From Octopus vulgaris (taxonomy: Eukaryota): a stretch of 64,000 nucleotides of DNA. Of this stretch, positions 1 to 11,985 are shown piece after piece. The notes under the pieces are model-generated. The model was not told the DNA's origin. It searched no databases and worked only from the letters and a program-made list of their open reading frames with translations. A program made the translations under genes and the position numbers. The stretch covers positions 20,646,001 through 20,710,000 of the forward strand of contig OX597822.1 of the NCBI GenBank assembly GCA_951406725.2, given 5' to 3'. The stretch's first letter is position 1. Every line of letters starts with the position of its first letter.

Positions 1-859
1 ACACAGTTTCTTTTAGCTATGAGGCTGATATTTCTTTGTTCTTCAGTTTTAACTGCACGGTGATATTGTTTCTTTCACAATCATCTACTCTCCTATGATT
101 TCTTGGTGTTACAGCAATTTTTATGTTCAACAAAAGTTCTGAATGCTAGATTTCTTTTCTAAATTTTTTGAAGGTTATAAAAAGGATCCTATTAAAACCA
201 GCTTTTCATGGAAAGCCTAATGCTGAGTGATAGCTATAATTCCATGGGATCAAACCAGTTGAGTTGAAATTGTAGTTTTTAAATATTTCTGACATGCATA
301 CACTAATGTGATGTAAAATTACAAATTCACATTTCTTTAAATGTCAGTGATTCACAAAGACTGCAGTTGTTGCCAGAGCACCGATAAAAACATTTTGCCG
401 TTTGTTCCGGCTCTTCACATTCTGAGGTCTAGCACTGGGATCGATGCTATCAACTAATCTCTCTAAATTGTTTGTCTTGTACCTAAATCAAAAGCATCGC
501 CATAAAAGAGACCGGCTGTTTCATTGTCAGTTATTGACTGAGAATGCAAAGTAATAGCAGTAAGTCCGTCCAAAAGTTCCGAGAGTCCAAGAAATTCGGG
601 TGCGTGAATTTGAACTCATTTCTTTTGAGCAATCAGCTATAAAACAAGTGGCACAACATAAGTAAAGACAACTCAAAACGAACTGCACTTCAGGTTTTTG
701 TATGAGTTTAGATTCGCCTAGAAGAAAGTGCTAACAAAAACCAGCGTAGGGGGTCCCTTCATTCCCAGTAGTTCACATGCTAGTTAACCCATAGCTGGGA
801 CCCTATTCTGGGTCAGTGTGCACCTGGAAACAATACTGACTAAGAGGTAGTTTCACACA

Positions 860-1185
860 CTTTAGTCACTAGACCACAACTGTAACTATCACCATTACTA
901 CAATCACCACCACTGTCAGCTGACCTGTTGGCTGCATCAGTACAAATAAATAAATATATATATGTACATATAAAAAATAGCGAACCTAGCAATAATTAAA
1001 CTAAAACACCAGGTTGGGATGAACACCACTAAACATATACATGAAGTGAACAGTAACTGTAGCTCGCTTACAGAGTTCACGTTGCTAATTTCTGCGGTGG
1101 CTACCACAAAAGTCTCATGCAATCAAATATTGCCTGTGAGAAAATGTAGTATAATCCCCAACATAGTTTCATATCTGGGGGTTAG
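860..1185. repeat. Interspersed repeat copy, inverted relative to 13158-13480
   Basis: Reverse complement aligns by eye with 13158-13480. Spurious ORFs 937..1122(-) and 13231..13428(+) are clearly homologous (VVATAEISNV / VVASAEISNV ... RFAIF..IYIFIYLY). Confidence 0.85.
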
Positions 1186-1429
1186 TTCGCTTTGCTAACC
1201 TATATGGGTAACAACTTCAATAAATCTGCATAGGAATGTCAGCTTTTGGATGAATGTATATTACAGTTGATTTAATCAACTAAATGTACATAACTGCTAC
1301 CTCAAAGGTCACTAGGACACTTATCCTGAGGAAACACGTGTCGGCTTGGAATTTTGATGAGAATAATACCTTAATAAATAAATTTCGAAGACGTATAATT
1401 CTCCATTCTTCTTTATGATGCCTTGATTA

Positions 1430-1447
1430 TGTCTGTCTGCCCGTCTG

Positions 1448-1486
<39 letters not shown>

Positions 1487-1635
1487 GTCTGTCTGTCTGT
1501 CTATCTTCTCTATCTGTGTGTATATATATATGCATACACAAATGATGTGTGTATATATATATATATATATATATTTTATATGTATATATATATATATTAT
1601 AGGTATATATATATCTACACACACACATATATGTG
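1430..1635. repeat. Compound microsatellite (TCTG/TCTA)n + (TA)n/(CA)n
   Basis: Directly visible simple repeats. Confidence 0.95.
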
Positions 1636-2859
1636 AGTGTGTATTATCCTTCTTTCATACTTGTTTTACGTTTACTCTTTCTTCCGTTCTCTTTTCTTTA
1701 TTCTCTCACACAGTCTTTCACTTTCTTACCCGTCAATCCTCTTTATCACCCGCTAACTTTCTTCCATCAAAGACTTAACACGCACACTTTCTCAGTGATA
1801 CTGTTGCCTTTCCGTACCTTCTCCACCTATTTCACCTCTATTTTTATCCTTTCCTCTACCTGTGCGTGCAGCTGTGCATTACATATCTTATTGATTGGTT
1901 TTCTCAAATTTTCCTATTAAAAAATTATTTAAATCCAACACCGAAACAAAGACCAACACATGAAAACAAATATGATCTCCAATTCAAATTACCCCAGTAT
2001 GCCAAATTTCTTTACTGTTGGTAACCTTCACAGGGTTTGTATCAGAGAGAGAGAGAGAAAGAGAGAAAGAAAGAAAGTAAGAGGAAGGGGCAGACAGACA
2101 TAAAGAGACAGAAAGAAAGAGGAAGGACGATAGCGCAAATTTGAATAGGATTACTGTTTTGGTTTTAAAGGATTATGCCGTTCTATCATTGGTTTTTTTT
2201 TTTCAAAGACCTCGTCTGCAGAAGGGTTCAAATTAGAATGAGAGCAAAGTTTGGCCCTCGAGGAGAAATTTTTGCGAGGATGTTCTTCGCTTCTGGCGTA
2301 GAAGATTCTTTGCTGGCTTGTGAAACAATGGTGTATGCATTTTCATATTTGCTCTTTCTATGTGGTATATCTTTAGTACGTTTCGCTGTCGTATGTATGT
2401 ATTAAGGAGGGGGAATATTTTCGAAAAATCACGCATTTTTCATATAGAATTTAAGCGAGCTGTTCGAAAAAGCACCACCAGTGTAGTAAATGAGAGCAGT
2501 TTGGTCTGCGATATCTGCATATGTAGATTTTTCATCAAACAATTATAAATCAGGATTGACAAAATCGTAAAAGCATCGAACAAAACGCCTGAAGTAGTTG
2601 AAATCCATCTAAATTTCGACTTTGCCTTTCTTTTTTGTGGGGTCGATAAAATAAAATGTCAGTAAAGTGCTGAAGTCCCCATAATGCATCATAGATATGA
2701 ATGGAACTATAAAGGAAAAAGGAAAAGAACTCTACCAGAGGCAATAAGCCCGTAAATTAATAGTTGATTAGCTATTTTGTCGACAAAATGAAAGACAAAT
2801 TTGCCTCCGGAGACATTTGAACTTATGATGTAATGAGAACGTAACCAACTACTCCCAGA

Positions 2860-3050
2860 CGTTTCGAACCAAAGAAAGAGCTTCTTTAGCATTCAAGAAA
2901 TAGCAGCAAAATCTCCCGCCTTAAAAAAAAGGACATATTGGATAATACACTTTGTATGGAAAAGGAATAGGAGGGATTGTCTTTGCAAGAATGTCTTTGG
3001 TCTTTGGATTGTTCTATCAAGGCCGATCTGGGACGAAACAAAAACAAATA
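2860..3050 (+). mobile_element. SINE-like repeat, family D (AGAAATAGCA...GGATAAT...CAA-rich tail), degenerate
   Basis: Shares motifs with copies at 7735-7910, 26530-26710 and 40840-41070. Confidence 0.55.
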
Positions 3051-3241
3051 CCAAAAAGTTTTAATTTAATGTTCTACCATTTCTGACTCTCTATTGCCTG
3101 CTATTGTCGTCATTTTCATCTTCATCATCGTCGGTATTAATTTATCATTTCGACAGAAACTCACACGCTTACAGGGAATTGGCAGTATATTGGATATATG
3201 TTATCCCATAGAGGGTTACACTCACAGCCCCTATCTTACTT

Positions 3242-3288
<47 letters not shown>

Positions 3289-3314
3289 GTTTGAATCGAT
3301 CAGAGTATATTATT

Positions 3315-3703
3315 CTTTTCTACTCTAAGCAGAAGGCCCGAATTTTGCGGGGAGGGTCAGTCGATTAGATCGACTCAGTACGCAACTGGTACTTGATTTA
3401 TCGACCCCGAAAGGATGAAAGGCAAAGTCGACCTCGGCAGAATTTGAACTCAGAACGTAAAGACAGGCAAAATACCTATTTCTTTATTACCCACAAGGGG
3501 CTAAACTCAGAGGGGACAAACAAGGACAGACAAACGGATTAAGTCGATTACATCGACCCCGGTGCGTAATTGGTACTTAATTTATCGACCCCGAAAGGAT
3601 GAAAGGCAAAGTCGACCTCGGCGGAATTTGAACTCAGAACGTAGCGGCAGACGAAATACGCATTTCGCCCAGCATGCTAACGATTCTGCCAGCTCGCCAC
3701 CTT
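3315..3703 (-). mobile_element. tRNA-derived SINE, family A, dimeric, with 17-bp TSD
   Basis: Minus strand has an A-box-like TGGCAGAATCG, a B-box GAGTTCAAATTCC, and the core GCCTTTCATCCTTTCGGGGTCGATAAAT twice. Perfect direct repeat GATCAGAGTATATTATT at 3298-3314 and 3704-3720. Confidence 0.9.
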
Positions 3704-5475
3704 GATCAGAGTATATTATTGCTACTTATTCTAACGTCCCCATCCCAACAGGGTTTGATCTCAGAACATGAAGTATCGTAACTATATATTGCAAAGCATT
3801 TAATATGTAAATCTACCCCTATTACTTTTGACGCTCTACCACCCTGTCTTCATCGATACCTCTACATCTAGCATCTTCAACAGAATCCTTATCAGTATCA
3901 TACTATCACTTCGTGTTGCTATTACTTCCAGTTTACCACAGCTACCACCACACCCTCTACATTTCTGTCATCACCATCACCAGCGTTGTTAAATCTACTA
4001 CTACTACTACTACGACGACGACGACCCGACACATTTGTGTTATTCATATACGTTTTTAAATGTATCTTTCATTGAATATTTTCTGTAATCTGTCGCATAG
4101 ATAACCAGTTAATCAATCACTAAAATCTGCTGTTGCTTGTGCTGCTGTTGTTGCTGCTGCTCTTCGCCTCCGCATTCTCTCCATTTCTCTTCTTAAACAT
4201 TCTTAAGCAGAAGTCGATTGTTAAAGTAGAGGGTGGGTGTCAGTTTTCTTCAGTAAATGGTTGTTGAGAAGAAAGACTTTCAGTAAAATATTTTTGACGC
4301 TTGAAAATTATTCGTAAAATAAATTTTGCAAGACTGTTCGTCTTGATATCTCTCACTTGCAAGATATTTTACAAATTTTTGTCAGCACGAAATTCAAAAA
4401 GAAAAAAAATTGTTTTTAATCCCCACAAGTCCACTAATTAGAGCAAATGGACGTTCATGGAGAAAACTTATCAGTTGTTATTTGTCATGAATCAGACACG
4501 ACTGGAACCAAATACTGGGCAGGGATCTCGTCGAAGACTAATAATACATTTTTCTAACAGATAATTTCTTAGAAGTATCCATATCATGCATACCTTTTTC
4601 TGGGAAAGAAATGAAGCTCGATCATTGATTTAGTTAGCCAAGAACTTACCTTTTATCATATTTCTAAATCATTATTTAATAGTATAAACAAAATGAAGTG
4701 GATAAAGCATAACACAACAAAATCATAACTTCGAAGCTACAGCGTACAGTTCGTTGTCTATGCCGAATATTTAATTCTATATTCCTCATTCCACCTATCT
4801 GTTTGAAATATCTTCTAGGAATGTTATCTATGATAGATTGATAGGTATCTCTGATTTGTTTGAATACCACCTGAAGCATTAACTTTCTCAACGTTTGTAC
4901 TCAAAATTTAGCATCCTTTTGTACACTCCCCTCCCAACTAATTCACTGACCCTCACATGCCACCTGTCTTTCGCCCCATCTATCATTCTCTACATCAGGA
5001 TCCACCATACTGTTTCTTCATTTCAATTCCTTCTTCTTGAATCTGTCCATCACTGAAGAGACAACACAACTTTCTGTCTCTTCCTTCTCAAACGAAATTG
5101 TCTGAAGCCTTAAATTCTTTACGCCTTGTGGCAATAGAATTTATCGAACTCCATCTTCAGTTTCCTTGGTTCCCGATTTCTCCTTATTTGTGAAGTGACA
5201 GACATTATGGAGATAACTGCCTCAAAATTGGGTTAATAACTAGCGTTTATAAGGCCTACAGGGGTTCTTCGATACATTTACACATCTCATTTCGTCTTGC
5301 AATTCATTGAAAATTTTTGAAAAACATCAGAATGTGACATGATGTACATCAAAATGTAGATAGAAAGCTCAATAAATGCCAATGTAGAAAGTATTCCCTG
5401 TCATAACATGTTTAAATAGCATGTGAAGTGTGGCAACCCTATCTACTAAACTATTTTCTATCCAGACTGAATATT

Positions 5476-5871
5476 GGTTTCAAATGTTTGGCGCAACGCC
5501 AACAAATTCGGGAGAGGAGATAAGTCGAATACATCGACCGCAGTGCTCAACTGGTACTTATATTATCAACCCCGAAAGGATGAGAAGCAAAGTCGACCCT
5601 GGCGGAAGAGAAGACAGACGAAACGCCGCTAAACATTTTGCCCGGCGTGCTAACGATTCTTTTTTACTATAGGCACAAGGCCTGAAATTTTGGGGGAGGG
5701 GGCCAGTCGATTTGATCGACCCCAGTACACAACTGGTACTTAATTTATCGACCACGAAATGATGAAAGGAAAAGTCGACTTCAGCAGAATGTGAACTCAG
5801 AACGGAGCGACGGACGAAATACTGCTAAGCACTTTGTCCGGCGTGCAAACGATTCTGCCAGCTTGCCGCCT
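5476..5871 (-). mobile_element. Two tandem family-A SINE units with degenerate TSD
   Basis: Same head and core motifs as 3315-3703. Flanks are TATCCAGACTGAATATT (5459-5475) and TATCTAGACTAAATATT (5872-5888). Confidence 0.85.
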
Positions 5872-6224
5872 TATCTAGACTAAATATTAACGTCACAATA
5901 TCACTGCTATCTTTATAAATAAACTGGACGAGAGTATTCTCATCAAAAACATTGAGTGTGTCTCCAACCAGTGAAAAGTATTTTTCTACTGCCAGAGGAT
6001 TATCGGGAACGCAGAAAATACTTTCTAATACTGCAAAGCCTGTAACCTTTTAAATATGCAACAGAATCTGCTTCCTTGCCAAGAATACCTCAGTCAACCG
6101 GACAGAATCCTCCTACGCATCACTCTTCAACTAAGGTTATATCACTTCTAGGGGAAAAAATCAGTATTTACTCATTATATTGCTTCCACCTCCACACTGC
6201 AAAGGCAATACTATCTTCCACGTT

Positions 6225-6510
6225 TAAGGAGCACTCCGTCGGTTGCGACGACGAGGGTTCCAGCTGATACGATCAACGGAATAGCTTGCTCGTGAAATTA
6301 ACATGTAAGTGGCTGAGCACTCCACAACCACGTGTACCCTTAACGTAGTTCTCGGAGAGATTCAGCGCACTCATTTTTGCCAGCTGAGTGGACTGGAGCA
6401 ATGTGAAATAAAGTATCTTGCTTAAGGACACAACGCGCCGCTGGGAATTGAACTCACGACCTTATGATCATGAGCCAAATACCCCTAACCACTAAGCCAC
6501 GCGCCTTCAC
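6225..6510 (-). mobile_element. tRNA-derived SINE, family B
   Basis: Minus-strand head GTGGCTTAGTGGTTAGG...GTGAGTTCAATTCCC (A/B boxes), followed by GTGTCCTTAAGCAAGATACTT. Short TSD-like TCCACGTT on both sides. Confidence 0.85.
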
Positions 6511-6988
6511 TCCACGTTACTAATCTCACCGCTCTATATACACAGTCAACAGGTTTGTAAAGGTCTCCAATCACTACCACCTAATATGGAGTCCTTGTCC
6601 CATCTCCTGTCACCGTCTAACTCTTCGATCTTTCCCTTTCTGCATGGAAATTTCCCACTCAGTGGAAACATTCGACATCTCATTTCGTCTTGCAATTCCT
6701 TTTCGATTTTGTTAGCTATTGAACAGTTTCATTTACTTGACTATCTTACACGTGATGATGAGTGTTATAAACAACCATAAGTTTCATACTTTCAAGTCTC
6801 CTCCACATGACTTTTAATGAATTTTTCTGATGAGCTATATCCACTGTAAACTACTTACCCTTTTACATCATGCATCACCGGTCGCTAGTCGTAGAAAAGT
6901 TCGGTGAAAACGTAGTTAACATTTACGGAGATGTACTTGCATAGCGAGTAACTTGATCGGAGATCGTGTGCTGGAACGAAAACAATTA

Positions 6989-7129
6989 CAGCGTGGAAGG
7001 TGTTTATAAGCCATTTAAGGTCGCGGTCTCAAAGCGACGAAAATATTTTGACAAATTAAATTAAAATGTTGAAGTGAATCTAACGGTTTTGTGTGTTTCT
7101 TAAATGGCTTATAAACACCTTCTACGCTG
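6989..7129. repeat. 31-bp inverted repeat (probable MITE/foldback fragment)
   Basis: CAGCGTGGAAGGTGTTTATAAGCCATTTAAG (6989-7019) and its reverse complement with one mismatch (7099-7129). Confidence 0.85.
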
Positions 7130-7734
7130 CAGTATTTAACATTGTTTTGGTCGAATTTTTCAAGTTGACATTACCAAAACATATGAGTACTTCTGTTACG
7201 AGAATCTTCTAATCTACATTGCTCATCTACAGGATCTAACTCTCGTTTTACATTCCGTTCTATAGCAGCAATAGTAGGGCTCTCACCAACCTACATACCA
7301 ACTGTGGTGTACTTCAAGGTTCGTTTATGCATTTCAGTTTTCTCTCTGTACATTAAGCACTTGCTTGCTGATGCTTCTAATCCAAACACTTCTTTAGTCT
7401 TAAATACAACCATCTTCCATAAGCAGTTTGGTGCACAGTTCATTAAACTTTCACCAATTCCATCGAAAACATTTTTCAACATGGCAACCTAGTTTCTTAC
7501 AACAACACTAAGATGTGAAGAAAAAGGAAAAAGAAAAACAGTACAAAGGCCATTTTAAACTAGATACATAAATGGTTATTTTGTCAGGAAATTTACGTTC
7601 TTAGAACTAATCTGTCTCTCAATTTAGCAGTTCGAGCAGTCAGTCCCTTGAGTGCAAACATTAGACCAGATTTCCTATATGAACATAACGCACTAAATTG
7701 AGCTACTTCTTACTACAGCAAACGAAGATGCCTT

Positions 7735-7910
7735 CACCTGGTTGTTCGACCTACAAGAAATAGCATCTGATTGTCTTGGGATATGAAAAGACGTACTGGA
7801 TAATACATGTGATCCTAAAGTGTGAAAAGACAGAATATTCATGGTTCCAGTGTTTTTCATTATATGTCTGTTTTATCAATAATAACTTGGAGCTGAACTG
7901 CAACAATAAC
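7735..7910 (+). mobile_element. SINE-like family D copy, degenerate
   Basis: GTTCGACCTACAAGAAATAGCA...GGATAAT...CAACAA, as in 2860-3050. Confidence 0.5.
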
Positions 7911-9194
7911 CAAAACCCATGAACCGTAGTTTCTCTCCCACTATTAATCTCGGAAATGTTGCACTAATGTCATAGGTGAAACTTCCAATTCTAATCCATA
8001 AAAATAAAACAACAAATATTTAATAACGGCCTCTATAGCTGAAATTAATATTAGTTTCTGTTGCTACAAGTCATCCCTTGTTTATGGTCAAAAGATATTT
8101 CATCCGTGACCATCAGTACAAGACCGCATATACTATGAACACTCAATGAAATTAACTACAGCACTAGACCCCGAAGGACGAAAGGTGAAATCATCCTCAA
8201 GTGATTTGAATACAGAGTGTAAAAGTTATTTAAATGGACAAAGGTTCTATAATAATGAAAATTTCTAACATAGTCACAATCATAAACTTATGGCTTGGGG
8301 TCTTAATTGATTATACTGAGCCTAATGCGTGATAGTTTTAATTTTATCGACTCTGTCATAGTCACCCTCGGCAGGGTTTGAATTCAGATTCTAAATGGAT
8401 GCAACTAGATAGTGCAAGACAGTTTATCAGGTGCACTTAAAGAAAAAAACCCATCAGACCAACGAAGAAAAAGCGGTTACACGACCTTCTCGAAAACAGC
8501 AGCCAAATCTCGGACTTTTATAAAAACTTTACTGATTGCTTTGTGCAACAAAAGTTGAATCGTTTATTTTAATTTTATTTTTGGTAATTTATACTTTATC
8601 GCTTGGAAGAACTTTCTGGACTCACAGCAATATTTAACCAATCTTATAGTATCTAGAACTATGTGCTCAGTTTCTTTTGAGGCATTAATGTCCGCTTACA
8701 TCTGGAGAACTGTGACAAACTGGAGCATCGGAACCTCGTCTCTGATGCTTGGAAGATTTCGTGGACTTTCCTATATTTCATGTTACAAGTTCCAACTCCA
8801 GATATATGTAAGTTTTAGACATAATGAAATTATCACTGAGACATGAAATTAATGAATAGAGAATACAATTATGTATGCATATTATGACTAATGAAATATT
8901 TTACATAATATAAGAGAAACAAGCGTGCGTAAAGCTGAACCAAGTATTACTACCCTAAATCAAATTAATATAATTTATTCTTGCCACGCACTGATACTGT
9001 CTGTTGTGACATAAACACACATCTAATTGCTTCATGAACTTCTGATAATATACAAGCACCTCATAAAACATCTATATTGAATTTACGATAGTCTAGTAGT
9101 TGACCACTGGTATTATGTATTGTAAAGCCAAGTTTAATTTTTTATACATTTTTATTATAAGGTCGTTATACTCTGTCTATTATTAAGAACGATT

Positions 9195-9330
9195 TTAAGT
9201 TCAAATTTTGCCGAGGCTGCCTTTGAATTTCATCCATTCGGAGTCGATAAAGTTAGTACCTGGGATCACAGGTAATCAACTTAACCCCTCCCCGAAATTG
9301 CCAGTCTTGTGTCGAAATTTGAAACCATAT
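9195..9330 (+). mobile_element. Family-A SINE fragment
   Basis: AGTTCAAATTTTGCCGAGG...TTTCATCCATTCGGAGTCGATAAAGTTAGTACC. Confidence 0.7.
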
Positions 9331-10634
9331 TTAGGTTTTACTAAAAGAAACTATCGTTTTCTTTTTTCTGTTTCCTGTTATAAAGATGTTGCGGGAAGGA
9401 AACAGAAAGAAAACTATCTGGGTAAGACAAAAATAATAATAATAATAATAATGAATTATTCGACAAATCGAGTAAAAGAATTATCAAAATATGTGAAATT
9501 GGTTGCCTATTTTCACTCAGCAGGCACACATTTGCTACACCAGAGATGGAACTCTTTTAAAACTTGCTACCTGCCTTTAGCTAATGAAATAAAGAAGGAT
9601 GTAGCCGTTAAGTTGGCTCCTGTAGAGGAACTCTCTATTGACTTAGCATCTAACCCTCGATCAACGGACTAGAAACCGTACTCTGGTTGCTTCGCCTGGT
9701 TGTAACGTGAAGCTTAGAAAAGATTACTTCAACAAACTGTCCTTGATGGGACAAAAATGACACAATAGGATTATATGTAATCATTGACATGTACTTGTAT
9801 ACGAAATACTCAACAGAACTTCTTGTGATGTCACATTCTTGAGTTCGACCCTTGTCAGCCAAAACTTACCAATAATTCCAACGATTTTCCAATTCAGAAC
9901 ATCATTTCAGTGCTGTTACAGATTGTTTTATTGTCTGGATTAGCATAGTTTCCATTGAATTAATTTCCTGTTGCTTACTAAGGTAAATTATAATAGGGCA
10001 ATAGATAACTTAACAAACATGAAACCTGGACGAACAAGGCTGTTGTAGTTGCTGTATATATTTTTTATGGTTTTGTTTTCACTTTGTTTACAATAAAAAA
10101 AAATTGAATAACGCTTTTTCTGTAATTGTGTTTTTATTTTAAACATAATATATAGATTTATGTGGTTACAGCTAAACGTCTTCATTTTTAAGTGTGTTTC
10201 AAATGCATCTTTGCGCTCTCATTTTGAATACCAGTAACGAATGAATTTGAAAATATCTGCTACATATCCTGAGGCCCGCTGATATTTAAGAAACTGGTCA
10301 CACTCTATAATATATACTACCTGGAAAAATATTTTTCTGGCCAATCAAGGTTGACCTAGTGTTGAAGAACAATAATAATTTTCTTACAAAACCCATGATA
10401 GTCGAGTCACAGAAATAACCAACATTAACAAGAAGAAACACAAATGGCGAGAGTTTGACCGTTTCAGTGGCTTTGTTCACTTTTGTTGTAAGACAGTGTT
10501 CTACTTGGGCGAATTTGGTTCTCTCTTATTCGTTCTGTTCCATTGATTCCGACAATTTCATCAACTCATTAACCAAAGTAGAATGGTGGCGAGACGGAAA
10601 CAAGACAAAACAAAATTCTTATATGTATGTCTTG

Positions 10635-10953
10635 TTTTCTAACTCCCCACCCATTCTCTCTCTTTCTCTCTATCGAGAACACACACGCACACAGAGTTAC
10701 CCTTGTTCCTGCTCTCATTCTCCTTCTCCGTCTCTTTCCACGAGTCCTCCACCTCTCTCTTCCAGTTTTCCTATCTCTCTTTCTCTCTATCATGAACACA
10801 CACACACTTCCTGTCTCGTCCAGACACTTCCCCCCTCTCTCTCTTAGTCTTCCTCTATCCCTCCCTCAGTCCTCTCTATTTCAGTTTTCTCTTTCTTTGA
10901 GATTTTCCCTCTCCTCAATTCTCTCTTCCCTCCTCTGCTGCTTCCTCCTTGTT

Positions 10954-10985
<32 letters not shown>

Positions 10986-11045
10986 ACACACACACACACA
11001 TACTCTCTCTCTCTCTCTCAAATTCACACGTACACATACACCTAT
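10635..11045. repeat. Polypyrimidine (CT)-rich low-complexity tract
   Basis: Directly visible. Includes a short internal duplication (TCTCTTTCTCTCTATC...AACACACAC). Confidence 0.9.
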
Positions 11046-11439
11046 CCTTCATACACTAACTTTCAGCTATAAGTAACTAAGTTGTAAGTATTTCCGAACT
11101 CGAAATCTCTTCGCTTCATTGGAGAAAGTAGAAAAAAAGTGAACAAAAATAAATATAAGTAAAAAAAATTATATAAAAATCATTGAATGAAAAACAAACA
11201 AAAAAAAAACGCGAACACTAATATGGCATCTTTGCAGAAATCTTTGGCATTGACGTTTGATTGGTCATATCGAAGGTGGTATAGGTTGTTGGTCGGAGTG
11301 GAAGTGAAGTATGTAGAACTGACATAGAATTTGCATCAGCAACAATAACAACGATAGTAACCACTGAGATAAAAGAAAAAATAATAATGAACAATAAAAA
11401 TGACCAAAGAATACAAATAATCTTTACAGGAAGCAAAAT

Positions 11440-11506
11440 GTACACACACACACGTGTATACAAATACATATCTTCAAATGTGTGTGTGTGCGCGTGTTCG
11501 CATATA

Positions 11507-11551
<45 letters not shown>

Positions 11552-11841
11552 CATGGACATTATGTATTGTGTATAAATGTATGTGTATGTATATGTTGCC
11601 TGTATATATATATATATATATATGTATATGTGTGTGTGTATGTGTGTGTATGTTTGTGTGTACATATACACATACATGTATAAATACATCTGTATATATG
11701 TGTGTGCGTGTGTTCGCATACAAGATATATATATACATGCACATTATGTATAGTGTATAAATGTATGTGTGTAAGTATATGTTGCATGTTTATATGTGTG
11801 TGTGTATCAGCACAGCCAGCGGTGTCTCATGTACATATGTG

Positions 11842-11885
<44 letters not shown>

Positions 11886-11985
11886 TACGAATATATATAT
11901 ATGCATGTGCATATCTATTAAGTATATATATATATATATATATATATAATGTTTACATACACATTGTGTGTGATGTGTGAGTGTT
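11440..11985. repeat. (TA)n/(TG)n microsatellite region with a duplicated unit
   Basis: The unit GTGTTCGCATA.AAGATATA...CATTATGTA.TGTATAAATGTATGTGT occurs at about 11480-11600 and 11700-11786. Confidence 0.9.

Noticed and set aside
560-750. Possible mariner 5' remnant (FLYEF-like motif)
   Set aside because: Too short and decayed to support as a feature.
1518-1920. ORFs rich in YI/CV/HT dipeptides here and at 11.4-12.0, 27.8-28.1, 35.8-36.1 and 37.1-37.5 kb
   Set aside because: They are translations of (TA)n, (TG)n and (TACA)n microsatellites, not genes.
2165-2720. TTAA-AGG starts suggestive of Kolobok-type MITE ends
   Set aside because: No matching opposite TIR was found.
9208-9672. 154-aa ORF
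   Set aside because: It begins in a SINE fragment and crosses a TAA tract; the 3' part has an acceptor-like site but no recognisable protein.
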